Assembly (NCBI GenBank): GCA_963822585.1
Contig: CAWGIE010000019.1
Coordinates: 1 to 64,000, forward strand
Origin: an uncultured bacterium
GTDB lineage: Bacteria > Auribacterota > Erginobacteria > Erginobacterales > Erginobacteraceae
Reading direction: 5' to 3'
DNA length: 64,000 nt
Position numbers and translations under genes: made by a program. Under the pieces are notes generated by a model that was not told the DNA's origin, did not search any database, and saw only the letters and a list, made by a program, of their open reading frames with translations. Positions 10,266-21,086 of the stretch are shown piece after piece (positions within the stretch are counted from its first letter, which is position 1; each line of letters starts with the position of its first letter).

Positions 10266-11334
10266 AAGAGAAGAGATACCGCTATCATCTGCAACAAACG
10301 AAGGGAGAACAAATGACGAATGAACTGGACATTTCTTCATGGGAATCAGCTAGGTTGATTCCTGTTTATGGCATACGCAACGCTGAGGAACAAGAACGCA
10401 GAGCCACATCTGCTCTACTCGCGGTTCTATCAGCCGTTGATGAGTTCGGCATAGCGTTCACGAAGCCGTTTGGTTCCCTCAAAGCCCGATGTGAAGCGTA
10501 CATTGAGGTACCGTTTGAACTGTCCGATGGGAAAGCCGTTCGTCCGGATGGACTCATCCGCACTACCCGCGGCAAACGGTCATGGACAGCTCTTATTGAA
10601 GTGAAAACAGGAAGCAATGAACTCGGTCGTGATCAGATTGAGACCTACCTTGACTTAGCCAAAGAACAGGGCTTCGACTGCGTCATTACTATCTCAAATC
10701 AGATCGCCAGAATACCCGGCGAGCATCCCGTTGAAGTGGACAAGCGCAAATTGAGGAAGACAGCATTGCATCATCTTTCTTGGTCACGAGTTTTGACAGA
10801 GGCCGTCCTGCAGAAGTCTTACCGCGGTATAGCCGATCCAGACCAAGCGTGGATCCTCTCCGAGCTGATTAGGTATTTGGAGCATCCCAATGCTGGAGCA
10901 GTGGATTTTTCAGACATGGGAGAGCACTGGGTCGGAGTGCGCGATGCCGTGAAGAATGGGACTTTACGGCACTCAGACAAGACGGCATTCGAAGTCGCCG
11001 GCAAGTGGGAAGAGCTTGTGTCCTTCGCGGCGCTACGCCTGGGGCGGCAATTGGGTGCTGACGTTCAAGAGGTCCTTTGCGCTAAAGAACGTCATGACAT
11101 TTCACTTCGCATTGCGAACATCGTTGATGCAATGGTCGCTCAAGGTATCATGCCTGGAGCAATTCGTATTCCTAACGCCATAAGCGACATCGCCATTAAG
11201 GCGGACTTGCGTGCCCAGCAGATTGTCGCATCGGTGTCACTGGATGCACCGAGAGAAGGGCGGACCACCACGAGGATCCACTGGCTCTTGCGTCAGTTGA
11301 AATCATCTTCATCCGAGATTCGATTAGATAGCTG

Positions 11335-13211
11335 GACCTTACTCGAAAAGCCCCCCGCCACACCCCCTTGTTCTCCCTCAACCGGCAAGAGCACCGAATT
11401 TTGCGTTTTCTGTGCTATCTGCTGCCTGATTTATCGCCCATTTGCTTCTTCCGGACTGAGCGCGGAAACACTCCTCCCGTGTTTTCTCTCTGACAATTAT
11501 TTGCGGCCGCTGTTTAAGCGGCCTGACTTACAATCTCTTGTTCTGCCCTCCTCTTCAAATATGTAATCCGGCAGGTATTGTAGGCTATGGCCTTCTCCAG
11601 CAACTCCGCGCGCACCGCCTCCAGACCCCGCCGGCCCAAACGTCCAAATTCAAAACAGTGCTTCAAGACGAACATCAGGGATTCAACTGCCGATCGCATC
11701 CGTCGGGCTTCCCGGTATCCATCGCTCTCCCAATCTCTATCCCCGATTATTCTCTTCCCCCGCGATCCGCTCAAACTCATTACCTTCACTCCCCGCTCAA
11801 GGATAGTGTCCCGGGCATCCCCAAACGCATAACCGTCATCCGCACTGACCACCTCCGGGACTATCCCCGTCCGTCCGACCACCTCGTCAAACAAAGGCAA
11901 TAACTCAGACTTGTCTGCTGGATTCCCCTCCCTGACGATCAGTCCAACAATAAATCCCTCCCCGCTCCTGGCAATCTGCGGCTTGTAACCGATCACTGCT
12001 TCCCGGCCGCCCTTCTCGATATAAGCCGCCGATTTATCCGCTAAACTCAATATCTTATCCCGAGAACTTACGACTTTGCCTGCGAAGACACGCTCTTCGG
12101 CATAGGCGACCACTCGCCCGGCATCCTCGATATCTTCACGGATTTGTTGCAATAAATTTTCCAGCCTCTGCCTCTGGCTGGGAAGGATAAAATCGTACGG
12201 CTGGTAGGTGTCCTCCAACTTCGTCAACTCCTCGTCCAGATAAGCAATTGCCTGGCGGCCAAAACCGAACAGACGACGATAATACTGCCGTATCTTCTTT
12301 CTCCGGTTTTTCATTCGGGACTTGGTTGACGCCAGATTAATCTCCAGATCCAATCTCCGCATCTTTTTCAGCCATTGCCGCATCCACCACACCGAAAAAT
12401 TCGGCAGTTGAAAATTCTCCAGCAACTGGCCCAACTTGTGCGCTCGCGTTACCAAACCCGTCAAGATCCTTGAGTCGGTGGGCCAGGCGGAGTTCGCCTC
12501 CACCTGAGTCGAATCGAAAGTCGTCTTTATAAAATCATCCAGTCCTTCTTCCCGGATCAAGGCAATCTGCTTTTCCAGGATCAACTCCCGGGTCCGGTTC
12601 GTAACCGCATTGGTGTTCTCCAGGATCGTGTTTGGTGCCGGCATCTTATAACCTCGACTCTGCAGGAAAGAATATAGCGACATTGATTCCAGAATAAAGG
12701 TTACCGCCTCCCTGTTGGTTGCCGAACCCAGATAGCCCCGTATCTGCAAAAATATATACACCAGGTAAGCCGGCATCCGGGGGTGGCCTACTTCAAGCTG
12801 GTACTCATAATCGTTGACACTGTAATCATCCAACCGTATGCCAGACAATTCGGATGTCAACTCCTCCATATGCCGTTTATCTGCAAAACGCTTTATTTTC
12901 TTTCCTATCCCGCGTTGATCCAAATCCCGATCGATTTCAGCCAGGATTTCAGGGGCAAATCTGACTAATTCTTCGCTTTGTTGCAGAAAAGCGCTGAAAT
13001 CGCTGTCGGGAACCGGCAAAAATAGGTTGCCCTGGAGGTGGGGAGATGGTAGATTATGATGTGCCGCGTGTGCTTGCATATTCAGCCTCCTATTTTGCGG
13101 TAGTTGGCTAATTGTAGCACATTGCGGCATTTTTACTATGCCTTTTCTCCCCCGATTATGCTATTATTCTTCGGTTTGCTGTTTCTTGAAAGTAGCTTTT
13201 CGAGTAAGGTC
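11335..13211 (-). mobile_element. Insertion sequence, 1877 bp, IS5/ISNCY-like DDE element
   Basis: 17-bp TIR GACCTTACTCGAAAAGC / GCTTTTCGAGTAAGGTC; 6-bp target duplication TAGCTG at 11329-11334 and 13212-13217. Confidence 0.93.
11514..13130 (-). CDS. DDE transposase
   Basis: FDSTQVEAN..PTD, ADDGY, RSAVESLM motifs. Confidence 0.9.
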   Translation of the reverse strand: MPQCATISQLPQNRRLNMQAHAAHHNLPSPHLQGNLFLPVPDSDFSAFLQQSEELVRFAPEILAEIDRDLDQRGIGKKIKRFADKRHMEELTSELSGIRLDDYSVNDYEYQLEVGHPRMPAYLVYIFLQIRGYLGSATNREAVTFILESMSLYSFLQSRGYKMPAPNTILENTNAVTNRTRELILEKQIALIREEGLDDFIKTTFDSTQVEANSAWPTDSRILTGLVTRAHKLGQLLENFQLPNFSVWWMRQWLKKMRRLDLEINLASTKSRMKNRRKKIRQYYRRLFGFGRQAIAYLDEELTKLEDTYQPYDFILPSQRQRLENLLQQIREDIEDAGRVVAYAEERVFAGKVVSSRDKILSLADKSAAYIEKGGREAVIGYKPQIARSGEGFIVGLIVREGNPADKSELLPLFDEVVGRTGIVPEVVSADDGYAFGDARDTILERGVKVMSLSGSRGKRIIGDRDWESDGYREARRMRSAVESLMFVLKHCFEFGRLGRRGLEAVRAELLEKAIAYNTCRITYLKRRAEQEIVSQAA

Positions 13212-13680
13212 TAGCTGGGGGATGCGGTCGCGGGCATCTATGTCTGAGTTACTCGGGAGTGTGCGGAATGACCAAACGCTTCTCGTCCCGATCGACAACC
13301 GCGAAATAGTTTCCTTCACAGTGTCCCTTGTACGACCTATGGGCTTGAAACGGTTGGTGGGTAAACGTTCCTTCATAGATTCTGTGCTTGATACAATCGA
13401 TGACTTCTATGGGGACGTCGTTCAGTATCTCCGTGAATGGCAGCCGGCAGCACCGAAACTCAAGAAAAGAGACGTTGAGGAAATCGTTTCGCAACCGTTG
13501 CCGCCGGGTAAGGAGTCTAAAGTTACCGCTGCTAACCCGCCGGAGAACAAGGACGGAGGCGAGAGCAATTCCTCAATTTCTGAATCAGAGCCGAACAACA
13601 GCGTCAAGGATACCGGCGCTACCCGCGCCGAATCTTCATTCTGAGCATTAAATTGATTATTTGGGGTGACTCTGTTTCTT

Positions 13681-13905
13681 TGCGGGAAGGTGCTCGGCTG
13701 GTACGAGAATGGTCAGAAATCGCATGAGAACGAGTACCGCGATGGCGTTGAGATCAGCATAAAATGCTGGGATGAGAACGGGACTCAGATTAATTGCGAT
13801 TCACCGGCAGCGAAATAAACATCGAATCATTATCCCATAAACAGGAATGGACAGAGGTTCTGCAACCTATTCTCCGAACAATAACAAACCTGCAACCTAA
13901 TATCT
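13681..13905 (+). repeat. Direct repeat copy 1: MORN/YwqK-like gene tail plus attI-like segment; copy 2 is 16097-16322
   Basis: Encodes WYENGQKSHENEYRDG...WDENGTQINCDSPAAK*; the 3' ~115 bp is near-identical between copies. Confidence 0.85.
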
Positions 13906-13965
13906 GTTAGCCAAATGGATGATAGATGATCTGACAGACTGCCGGAGACGTTCGGGAATAGCGAC

Positions 13966-15012
13966 ATGAGCCAGAGAGTCCGAAATCAAGACCTGCGTAC
14001 GGCAAGACGCTCGAAGAAGGACGAGTTTTACACCCAGCTTTCAGATATCGAGAAGGAACTGAAGAACTACAGACCTCACTTCAAGGGAAAGGTGGTCTAC
14101 TGCAACTGCGACGATCCACGTGTTAGCAACTTCTTCCACTTCTTCTCATTCCAATTCGAGAAGCTGGGGCTCAAGAAACTCATTGCCACGTGCTACAAGA
14201 ACCAAGACATGGACCTGTTCAGCAGAAACGACGCAGAACGGGCCATCTACTTGGAGTACGAAGGAGACAGGAACGGCAACCGTATTCCCGACCTTGAGGA
14301 GATTGGAGTCAAGCATCTGAAGGGCGACGGCGACTTCCGAAGTGCTGAGACCATCGGACTACTAAAGAAAGCCGACATTGTAGTCACGAATCCGCCATTT
14401 TCGCTCTTTCGGGAGTACGTGGCGCAGCTTATTGAGTACGACAAGCAATTCCTGATCATCGGAAGTGTGAATGCGGTTTCATACAAGGAGGTCTTTAAGC
14501 TGATCAAGGGAAACAAAGTGTGGCTAGGTCCCAGCATCCACGGTGGCGACAGAGAATTCGGCGTACCAGATGATTACCCACTCAAGGCAGCGGGGTTCAG
14601 AATTGACGATCAGGGCCGGAAGTACATTCGTGTCAAGGGCGTTCGATGGTTCACGAACCTTGATTTCAAGGAGCGCCACGAGGATCTGGTTCTCTACAAG
14701 ACCTACACTCCAGAGGCGTACCCGAAGTACGACAACTACGATGCCATTGAGATCAGCAAGACGAAAGAGATTCCGGTGGATTACTATGGGGCGATGGGTG
14801 TACCCATTACCTTTCTGGATAAGTATAATCCAGAGCAGTTTGAAATCCTGGGGATAACAGATAGAGACAACAACTCGGGCCTCAAGACCAAAGAATACAC
14901 CGAAGCGGATGTGCCCAATCCCGGCGATCTGAACCGCCGTGCCGCAATCAAAATCGGGAATGAGTACAAAGCTACGTACGCCCGACTCCTAATCCGGAGA
15001 CGCCAAGCATGA
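13966..15012 (+). CDS. EcoRI-family adenine-specific DNA methyltransferase
   Basis: DEFYT, VYCNCDDP, GDGDFRS, IVVTNPPFSLFRE, MGVPITFL. Confidence 0.92.
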   Translation: MSQRVRNQDLRTARRSKKDEFYTQLSDIEKELKNYRPHFKGKVVYCNCDDPRVSNFFHFFSFQFEKLGLKKLIATCYKNQDMDLFSRNDAERAIYLEYEGDRNGNRIPDLEEIGVKHLKGDGDFRSAETIGLLKKADIVVTNPPFSLFREYVAQLIEYDKQFLIIGSVNAVSYKEVFKLIKGNKVWLGPSIHGGDREFGVPDDYPLKAAGFRIDDQGRKYIRVKGVRWFTNLDFKERHEDLVLYKTYTPEAYPKYDNYDAIEISKTKEIPVDYYGAMGVPITFLDKYNPEQFEILGITDRDNNSGLKTKEYTEADVPNPGDLNRRAAIKIGNEYKATYARLLIRRRQA

Positions 15013-16091
15013 ACATTGAACTCCATGAAATCCCTGTCCGGGAGTTGACCACCGGGTATGAAGACAATGATGAAGCCGGCGTTTTGGGATACGGCGGCAA
15101 GCTGGATATTCGTCCTCCCTACCAGCGGGAATTTATCTACAAGGACAAGCAGCGCAATGCGGTGATCGACAGCCTGCGCAAGGATTTCCCCCTGAACGTT
15201 ATGTACTGGGCGGTGCGCAGTGACGGCAGCTACGAAGTGATCGACGGACAACAGCGAACGCTTTCCATTTGCCAGTATGTCAACGGGGAGTTCTCCATCG
15301 ACGGACTGGCATTTCACAACCTGCAGGACGACCAGCAACAGCAGATTCTTGATTACAAACTGATGGTCTATTTCTGCTCCGGCACCGACAGCGAGAAGTT
15401 GGATTGGTTCAGAACCATTAACATCGCTGGCGAAGAACATACTGATCAGGAATTGCGGAACGCGGTCTATGCGGGTCCGTGGACAGCTGATGCCAAGCGC
15501 TATTTCAGCAAGACGGGTTGCGCGGCCTATGGGCTGGCAGGTGATTACATGCGGGGCAGCTCGATCCGGCAGGAGTATCTGGAAACCGCGATCTCCTGGC
15601 GCTCGGAGGGGAAGATCGAGGAGTTTATGTCGGATCACCAGCACGACGAAAATGCGACTCCTCTGTGGCAGTACTTTCAGAAGGTCATTGGCTGGGTCAA
15701 AGCGACGTTTCCGGAGTATCGACGAGAAATGAAGGGCGTGGATTGGGGAACCCTCTACAATCAGTTTAAGGACGAGGAGCTTGATACGGACAAGCTGGAG
15801 AAGCAGGTTGCCAAGCTGATGATGGATGATGATGTCACGAAGAAGTCCGGGATCTATCCGTATATATTGGACGGAGAAGAAAGACATCTCAACATTCGAG
15901 CATTCACGCCCAACATGAAACGAGAAGCATACGAGAGACAGAAGGGCGTATGCGTGAAGTGCAAGAAGAAGTTCGCTTTTGAAGAGATGGAGGGCGATCA
16001 CATTAAGCCTTGGCACGAGGGCGGGAAGACTGATGCGAAGAACTGCCAGATGCTGTGTAAGGACGACAACAGAAGAAAATCGGGGAAATGA
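15009..16091 (+). CDS. DUF262 (GmrS/ParB-like) plus HNH endonuclease
   Basis: PPYQRE, IDGQQR, FRTIN; C-terminal CVKC...DHIKPW..GG...NCQMLC..DN. Confidence 0.92.
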   Translation: MNIELHEIPVRELTTGYEDNDEAGVLGYGGKLDIRPPYQREFIYKDKQRNAVIDSLRKDFPLNVMYWAVRSDGSYEVIDGQQRTLSICQYVNGEFSIDGLAFHNLQDDQQQQILDYKLMVYFCSGTDSEKLDWFRTINIAGEEHTDQELRNAVYAGPWTADAKRYFSKTGCAAYGLAGDYMRGSSIRQEYLETAISWRSEGKIEEFMSDHQHDENATPLWQYFQKVIGWVKATFPEYRREMKGVDWGTLYNQFKDEELDTDKLEKQVAKLMMDDDVTKKSGIYPYILDGEERHLNIRAFTPNMKREAYERQKGVCVKCKKKFAFEEMEGDHIKPWHEGGKTDAKNCQMLCKDDNRRKSGK

Positions 16092-16096
16092 AGATG

Positions 16097-16322
16097 TACG
16101 GGAAGGGAATCATGTGGTGTGAGAATGGGCAAATGCAGGCGGAGGTCGAGTCCCGTAACGGCAAGGAGGTCCGTAGCAGGGAATGGGACGAGGAAGGGAA
16201 TCAAATTAATTGCGATTCACCGTCAGCGAAATAAATATCGAAACATTATCCCATAAACAGGAATGAACAGAGGATTTTGCAACCTATTACAATAACAATA
16301 ACAAACCTGCAACCTAATACTT
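16097..16322 (+). repeat. Direct repeat copy 2: MORN-like tail plus attI-like segment
   Basis: Encodes WCENGQMQAEVESRNG...WDEEGNQINCDSPSAK*; aligns with 13681-13905. Confidence 0.85.
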
Positions 16323-16362
16323 GATATGATCAATCTCAATATTCAGGAGGGAATGATTTAAC

Positions 16363-16764
16363 ATGTTAATTGCACTTTTCTCCTTTTTAGGCATTATCAT
16401 CGGTGCAACGCTCCAATACCTATTCACGCGGTTCCTTGATGAAAGAAAGCATCGCCAGAACCTCAGAACACAAGCGTATACAGATTTTCTTCGTGGTGTT
16501 TCTGAAGCAGCACACCTTATGATCCAGCCTCAAGCGCAAAGAGAACGGGAACTGAAGGCTCGAATTACTGATTCAAAGGCACGCATTTGTATTTATGGCT
16601 CGTCCCATGTAATTGCTCGGCTTGCCGAATTCGAGAGACTTGGTGCGATTATTCAAACCGATGAACAGCGCCAGTCATTTGTTCGCGTCTTGACGGCAAT
16701 GCGCTCCGATTCCGATGTCAGCGCCGCAGATCTTGAGACGGTCATGCTAGGTAAGCATAAGTAA
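16363..16764 (+). CDS. Hypothetical cassette protein with N-terminal TM helix
   Basis: AGGAGG RBS, hydrophobic N-terminus, followed by attC. Confidence 0.75.
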   Translation: MLIALFSFLGIIIGATLQYLFTRFLDERKHRQNLRTQAYTDFLRGVSEAAHLMIQPQAQRERELKARITDSKARICIYGSSHVIARLAEFERLGAIIQTDEQRQSFVRVLTAMRSDSDVSAADLETVMLGKHK

Positions 16765-16765
16765 A

Positions 16766-16895
16766 CCATATCAAATCGCTCAAGCTGACCGGAAGGGCTC
16801 ATGGAATTATCGGATATTTTTATCTTCGTCGGCATCGTCCGATGTAGCATGGTTTTTTAGTCGGCCCCTTCCGGCCGTTTAGCTTTTCGATAGGC
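16766..16895 (+). other. attC-like site (~130 bp family, ATC/GAT cores)
   Basis: CATATCAAATCGCTCAAGCTGACCGGAAGGGC...GCCCCTTCCGGCCGTTTAGCTTTTCGATAGGC imperfect palindrome. Confidence 0.8.
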
Positions 16896-16937
16896 GATGG
16901 ATAATACAATTAATAGCCATATTTGGAGGTAATAAAT

Positions 16938-17636
16938 ATGACCGATGAAGAATACAAGGAAGCGCTAGATGCAATTTACCGTAAGTACGTTCGCGTATGG
17001 CGGGCAATTCATCATCCAGAGGGGTTGAGTCGCCTTTACTACAAAATCGAACGACTTGCATCAACTTCCCGATTTGCGCTCGTCGTAGCCGAGCGTACTG
17101 AGAACGTTGAACTGTACGCACCTCTTGGCGAGGCGATCATGTACTCATATCTAAACCTTGGCATGGAGGACTCTGGAGTTCTCGATGCACTCGATGCGCA
17201 TACCAGGCTAATTTTTAGTGGTCTCAGGAGGAGCGTGATACCGGATGCCGATCTTGACTATCTTCGACTCGCTGGCATCGTCGAAGCGGAGGCAGAGGTC
17301 GTATTGCTGATTCGTTATGCAAGGGATGAACTGTCGAAGTCAGAACAGGTTCCATCAAAGATTGTTGCGGAAGCCGAGAAACAACTGGAGTGCGTTGCAA
17401 AGGAGCTTAAGGCTACATCAAAGAATCAAAATTCTGAAAACGTTAAGAAGCCTGCCAAGCTCTTCACTGGAATTAGCAAGATTCTCGCTGGTGGCATCAC
17501 AGCAGCGGGTAACCTTCTTTTGGGCGTGGGCATCCTCCCTGGACCTGGTCCTGCAACTGGCCATGCTGTCATTGGTTCTTGTGCGCTCGCAATTGCCGCC
17601 ATCGGACAGGGCATAGGAAATATACGCGGAGAGTAG
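16938..17636 (+). CDS. Hypothetical cassette protein with C-terminal Gly-rich hydrophobic hairpin
   Basis: GGAGG RBS; bounded by matched cassette cores. Confidence 0.75.
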   Translation: MTDEEYKEALDAIYRKYVRVWRAIHHPEGLSRLYYKIERLASTSRFALVVAERTENVELYAPLGEAIMYSYLNLGMEDSGVLDALDAHTRLIFSGLRRSVIPDADLDYLRLAGIVEAEAEVVLLIRYARDELSKSEQVPSKIVAEAEKQLECVAKELKATSKNQNSENVKKPAKLFTGISKILAGGITAAGNLLLGVGILPGPGPATGHAVIGSCALAIAAIGQGIGNIRGE

Positions 17637-17663
17637 CCATCAATAACTCTATATCCCGAGCTC

Positions 17664-17793
17664 GCCTATCAAGGCGCTCAAGCAGACCGGAAGGGCTGAT
17701 GCTACTATCGAACATTTTTATCTTCGGCGGTGTTTTCCGGGGTAGCACGGTTTTTTGGTCGACCCCTTCCGGCCGTTTAGCTTTTCGTTAGCT
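17664..17793 (+). other. attC-like site (~130 bp family)
   Basis: GCCTATCAAGGCGCTCAAGCAGACCGGAAGGG...CCCTTCCGGCCGTTTAGCTTTTCGTTAGC. Confidence 0.82.
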
Positions 17794-17814
17794 TTAATAA
17801 TAAGGAGGTTGTAA

Positions 17815-18417
17815 ATGAATAAGTTTTTCGATCCAGAGCAATTTGGTTGGCGTGCAAAACAACAACGTTCGGCATATTCATTTACTTGTGGTTATTGTGG
17901 AAATAAAGTTTCTTCGGAAAAAGGTTATGTAATTGGTCAACGTGGAGATGGTAGTGGTGACGTAGCCGGAGGAATATATATTTGTCCAAATTGTCAAGGC
18001 CCAACCTTCATAACTCTAAAAAATCAGCGAATTCCAGATGAACCGTTTGGGAATGAAGTTTTAAACGTCCCTGAAGATATGTCACTAATTTATGAAGAGG
18101 CTAGAAAATCAGCCAGCACCAATTGTTATACGGCAGCAGTATTGCTCTGTCGAAAGATTTTAATGCACATTGCCGTAAAAGAAGGAGCTGATGAAGGGAA
18201 AAACTTCCTTCATTATGTTAATTATCTTGCCGACCAAGGATATGTACCCCCGAATGGTAGAGACTGGGTTGATCATATTCGAAAGAAGGGCAATGAAGCC
18301 AATCATGAGATTGTAATAATGGGGCGTGAAGATGCCCGTGATTTATTAATTTTTGTGGAGATGTTACTCAAGTTTATTTATGAATTCCCCGGCATGATTA
18401 GTACTGAAGAAAGCTAA
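17815..18417 (+). CDS. Zn-ribbon plus DUF4145 (HEPN-like) protein
   Basis: CGYC/CPNC, YEEA...AAVLLCRKIL, IRKKGNEANH (RxxxNxxxH). Confidence 0.85.
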   Translation: MNKFFDPEQFGWRAKQQRSAYSFTCGYCGNKVSSEKGYVIGQRGDGSGDVAGGIYICPNCQGPTFITLKNQRIPDEPFGNEVLNVPEDMSLIYEEARKSASTNCYTAAVLLCRKILMHIAVKEGADEGKNFLHYVNYLADQGYVPPNGRDWVDHIRKKGNEANHEIVIMGREDARDLLIFVEMLLKFIYEFPGMISTEES

Positions 18418-18696
18418 CCCTTATAAGGCCTCCTGACGTCAATAAGGGAAAATAGGCAAAACCTCCCGGCGCAGAAAAATTGTAATCCACGCTTATTGAT
18501 TCCCGGCGGCATCAAAAAGTGACGATTGTCCGAATTTACCCCTCAAAGTTCCGGGGCTGAGAAAAGATAATAGGGAAAAACAGATTCCAGGTCGGAGATC
18601 GTTCAAGCGGACCGGGCAAAGTTATTTACGTGCTTCGAGTGACATAGCCGCCGGTGCGGCTGTTCAATTCGATGTTAGCCACAAAAGGAGATACTG

Positions 18697-19260
18697 ATGG
18701 GTATTCTCGATTTCATTCGACAAAAACGAATTATCTTGGATCCGTCTATCTTCCCTAACATAGTGGAAAAGCTTGCACTTAAACTGGAAACAATAAGAGA
18801 AGAGTTCGTCTTTGGAGGAATCTCTGGATTGAAAGGCGAAGGTGCATCTACAACCAATATATCTCCAACACTCGAATCTGGAAGTGAACTCGATTCAGCC
18901 CTGAAGGGTTTTCAGCTTACATGCGTGGTTGGATTCGCTATGAAGAATTATATTAATTTGCATAACCAACTCCTCTTTGATCAAGCGCTGACACAACGCC
19001 TCTATGATAATGACCATGCTCGTATTGAGTACTACAATGAACGATATCTTGACTGCCAAGGCAATATTGATTGTCTTTCATCTTGCTTATCTGATGATAT
19101 TTATAGAATTTGGGGTAATCCTGAACCAACGCATGAATTCAAAGGGGCTTTGAGAAATATGGCACCTTCGTTTATGATTTTGAGTCAAGCCGCAACAGCT
19201 CGAATTTGCGGTGATCCATGGACTGAGAAAAACCTCAAGAGCAAGTTGCATATTGTGTGA
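18697..19260 (+). CDS. Hypothetical cassette protein
   Basis: AGGAG RBS after GTTAGCC (18674); followed by AGCTAAC (19279). Confidence 0.7.
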   Translation: MGILDFIRQKRIILDPSIFPNIVEKLALKLETIREEFVFGGISGLKGEGASTTNISPTLESGSELDSALKGFQLTCVVGFAMKNYINLHNQLLFDQALTQRLYDNDHARIEYYNERYLDCQGNIDCLSSCLSDDIYRIWGNPEPTHEFKGALRNMAPSFMILSQAATARICGDPWTEKNLKSKLHIV

Positions 19261-19460
19261 CTTAAGAAAATAATCGCCAGCTAACCCTCATAAGGCCCCC
19301 GGGTATCAATAAAGAAAAATAGACAAAATCCTCCCGCCCCGGAAAAATTGTAATCCACGATTTATCCTGATAGTATTATTTTTCTGTCGAATCTTTCCGG
19401 CGGATTAGATTTTCATTAAGTCACCAAGGAACTACAGCAGAGGAAAAATGGAACAATATC

Positions 19461-19907
19461 ATGGTATTTCTCGGCTCATTATTTGGTAGCAAAAGCGATC
19501 CGGCGGAAGAAATACGCCGGTTTGATGAAATGATCCGGCTCCACCAAGACCAGCTGTTTGGCATCACCCTCTATTTTCAAGGTATAGAGTTGATGTATTC
19601 TGGCCAACCTGAAATATGCGAGATGAATCGACAGAGCTTCCAGAATATCAAGGATCGAGCCGAAAACGCCATAGCAGCAGCAAAATCGTTGCTTCAGCAA
19701 GCGAGAGAAAACCCCCCAAAGGTAAAGGAACTTATGCGTTTCACGTTTCCGCCGATCAGGGGGAACCCAATGCTTGATCAAATGACTCATCGGGCTCAGA
19801 TCCTCGTCCAAACGTATGAACGAATGTTTCCTGGAAGAGCAAGGTCACAACCACTCAGCCAAGATGAGTTAAAATCACTTATGATGGAAGCGTCTAATCA
19901 AATTTGA
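19461..19907 (+). CDS. Hypothetical cassette protein
   Basis: Followed by an attC left arm GCCTAACCAGCCCCTCCACCTGAC at 19924. Confidence 0.7.
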   Translation: MVFLGSLFGSKSDPAEEIRRFDEMIRLHQDQLFGITLYFQGIELMYSGQPEICEMNRQSFQNIKDRAENAIAAAKSLLQQARENPPKVKELMRFTFPPIRGNPMLDQMTHRAQILVQTYERMFPGRARSQPLSQDELKSLMMEASNQI

Positions 19908-19993
19908 TCATATTAGTCTGATTGCCTAACCAGCCCCTCCACCTGACTTTTATCTGCCGGGTGGCGGGCAAAAGGAAAAGCCAAGAAAGCCAA

Positions 19994-21075
19994 CAGGGTC
20001 ACACCCCAATTAATAAGTTTGACCATGTTGAGGGGGCCAGCTAAGTCCACAAGTTAATTTAGGAGAGATTAAAGAAAGATAGAAAGTTGGACAAAGGAAT
20101 TTAAAGAATTATTGCCCGGTTTTAACTTATTAATTTTACCCTATTTCCTTGCTGTTTCTTTTTATTGGAAGCTGATATTGGTATTACCGCAAATGTTGAG
20201 TTGCAGAAATAGAAATAGAAGGTGATAGAAATGGTCATTGCCATAGTTGTTTTTTGCATCCTGATAATCATAGGAATAATTCTTGTTTCTAATAATGCAT
20301 CGAGCAAAAAGCAACAGACCTCGCCTCTGGAAATGGGTATATTGACTGACACTCCCGATTCTCCTGAGGACCAACGAGATAAAAGAGTTTCGGATTTGCT
20401 CAAACAAGCTTCAGCTTATTCCGTAGAAGGAAGCTGGGATGATGCAATAGATACCGTCAAAAAGGCCTATTCAGAAATAGCACAAGGGAGAACAGGATAT
20501 TCTATAGGGATATATTTAAGGCTTCCCTCTTACTTACATAAAGCAGGGAAGAGAGACGAGGCCTGGAAAGAACTGAATAGGTTATTGATGAAGTACAGCG
20601 ACAATATTTATTTAGAAAAAAGTTCTATCTACAACAAGATGAAAGGTCTTCTCCAGCAGGAGAACAAGTTCAATTTAGCAATCCGTTTTGGAATTTTCGC
20701 CTTCATCTCTAAAGCGATTGATCTATCCCTTCAACATAGAACACGAGAAATCTGTCGCTCAAAGGATGACATCTCGCAAATGCTACATCCTTTATTGAAA
20801 AAAGCCAAAAAAGAATACTTGTCGAATAAGCTGATAGACCTAATTCACCCTGTGATGAAAAATCCTCCAACCATTCAATTACATGAAATCTCAAAACAAA
20901 TTGATGAGATCTTAAAATCGGGTTAAGCGACGAAAGAAGGCAACAGGGTCAAGTGGGGGGGCCAGCTAAGTCCACAAGTTAATGCAGGAGAGATTAAAGA
21001 AAGATAGAAAGTTGGGCAAAGGAATTTAAAGAATTATTGTACGGCTTTAAACTTATTATTTGGGGTGTGACCCTG
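19994..21075. mobile_element. Non-autonomous composite element: 27-bp terminal inverted repeats, ~100-bp internal direct repeats, one passenger gene
   Basis: CAGGGTCACACCCCAATTAATAAGTTT (19994-20020) versus its inverse at 21049-21075 with one mismatch; direct repeats ~20032-20131 and ~20957-21057. Confidence 0.65.
20231..20926 (+). CDS. Membrane-anchored TPR-like hypothetical protein
   Basis: N-terminal TM helix; YLRLPSYLHKAGKRDEAW helical repeat. Confidence 0.7.
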   Translation: MVIAIVVFCILIIIGIILVSNNASSKKQQTSPLEMGILTDTPDSPEDQRDKRVSDLLKQASAYSVEGSWDDAIDTVKKAYSEIAQGRTGYSIGIYLRLPSYLHKAGKRDEAWKELNRLLMKYSDNIYLEKSSIYNKMKGLLQQENKFNLAIRFGIFAFISKAIDLSLQHRTREICRSKDDISQMLHPLLKKAKKEYLSNKLIDLIHPVMKNPPTIQLHEISKQIDEILKSG

Positions 21076-21086
21076 ATTTTTTTAAA

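Larger units (their letters stand above)
10313..13644 (+). pseudogene. PD-(D/E)XK nuclease-like protein (~482 aa) split by an IS
   Basis: RPDGLI...LIEVKTG motif; removing 11335-13217 rejoins the frame as RLDSW|GMRSR. Confidence 0.8.

Noticed and set aside
13681..16322. DGR template/variable repeat pair driven by the nearby RT
   Set aside because: Differences are not adenine-specific, and the RT is a group II maturase followed by domain V.
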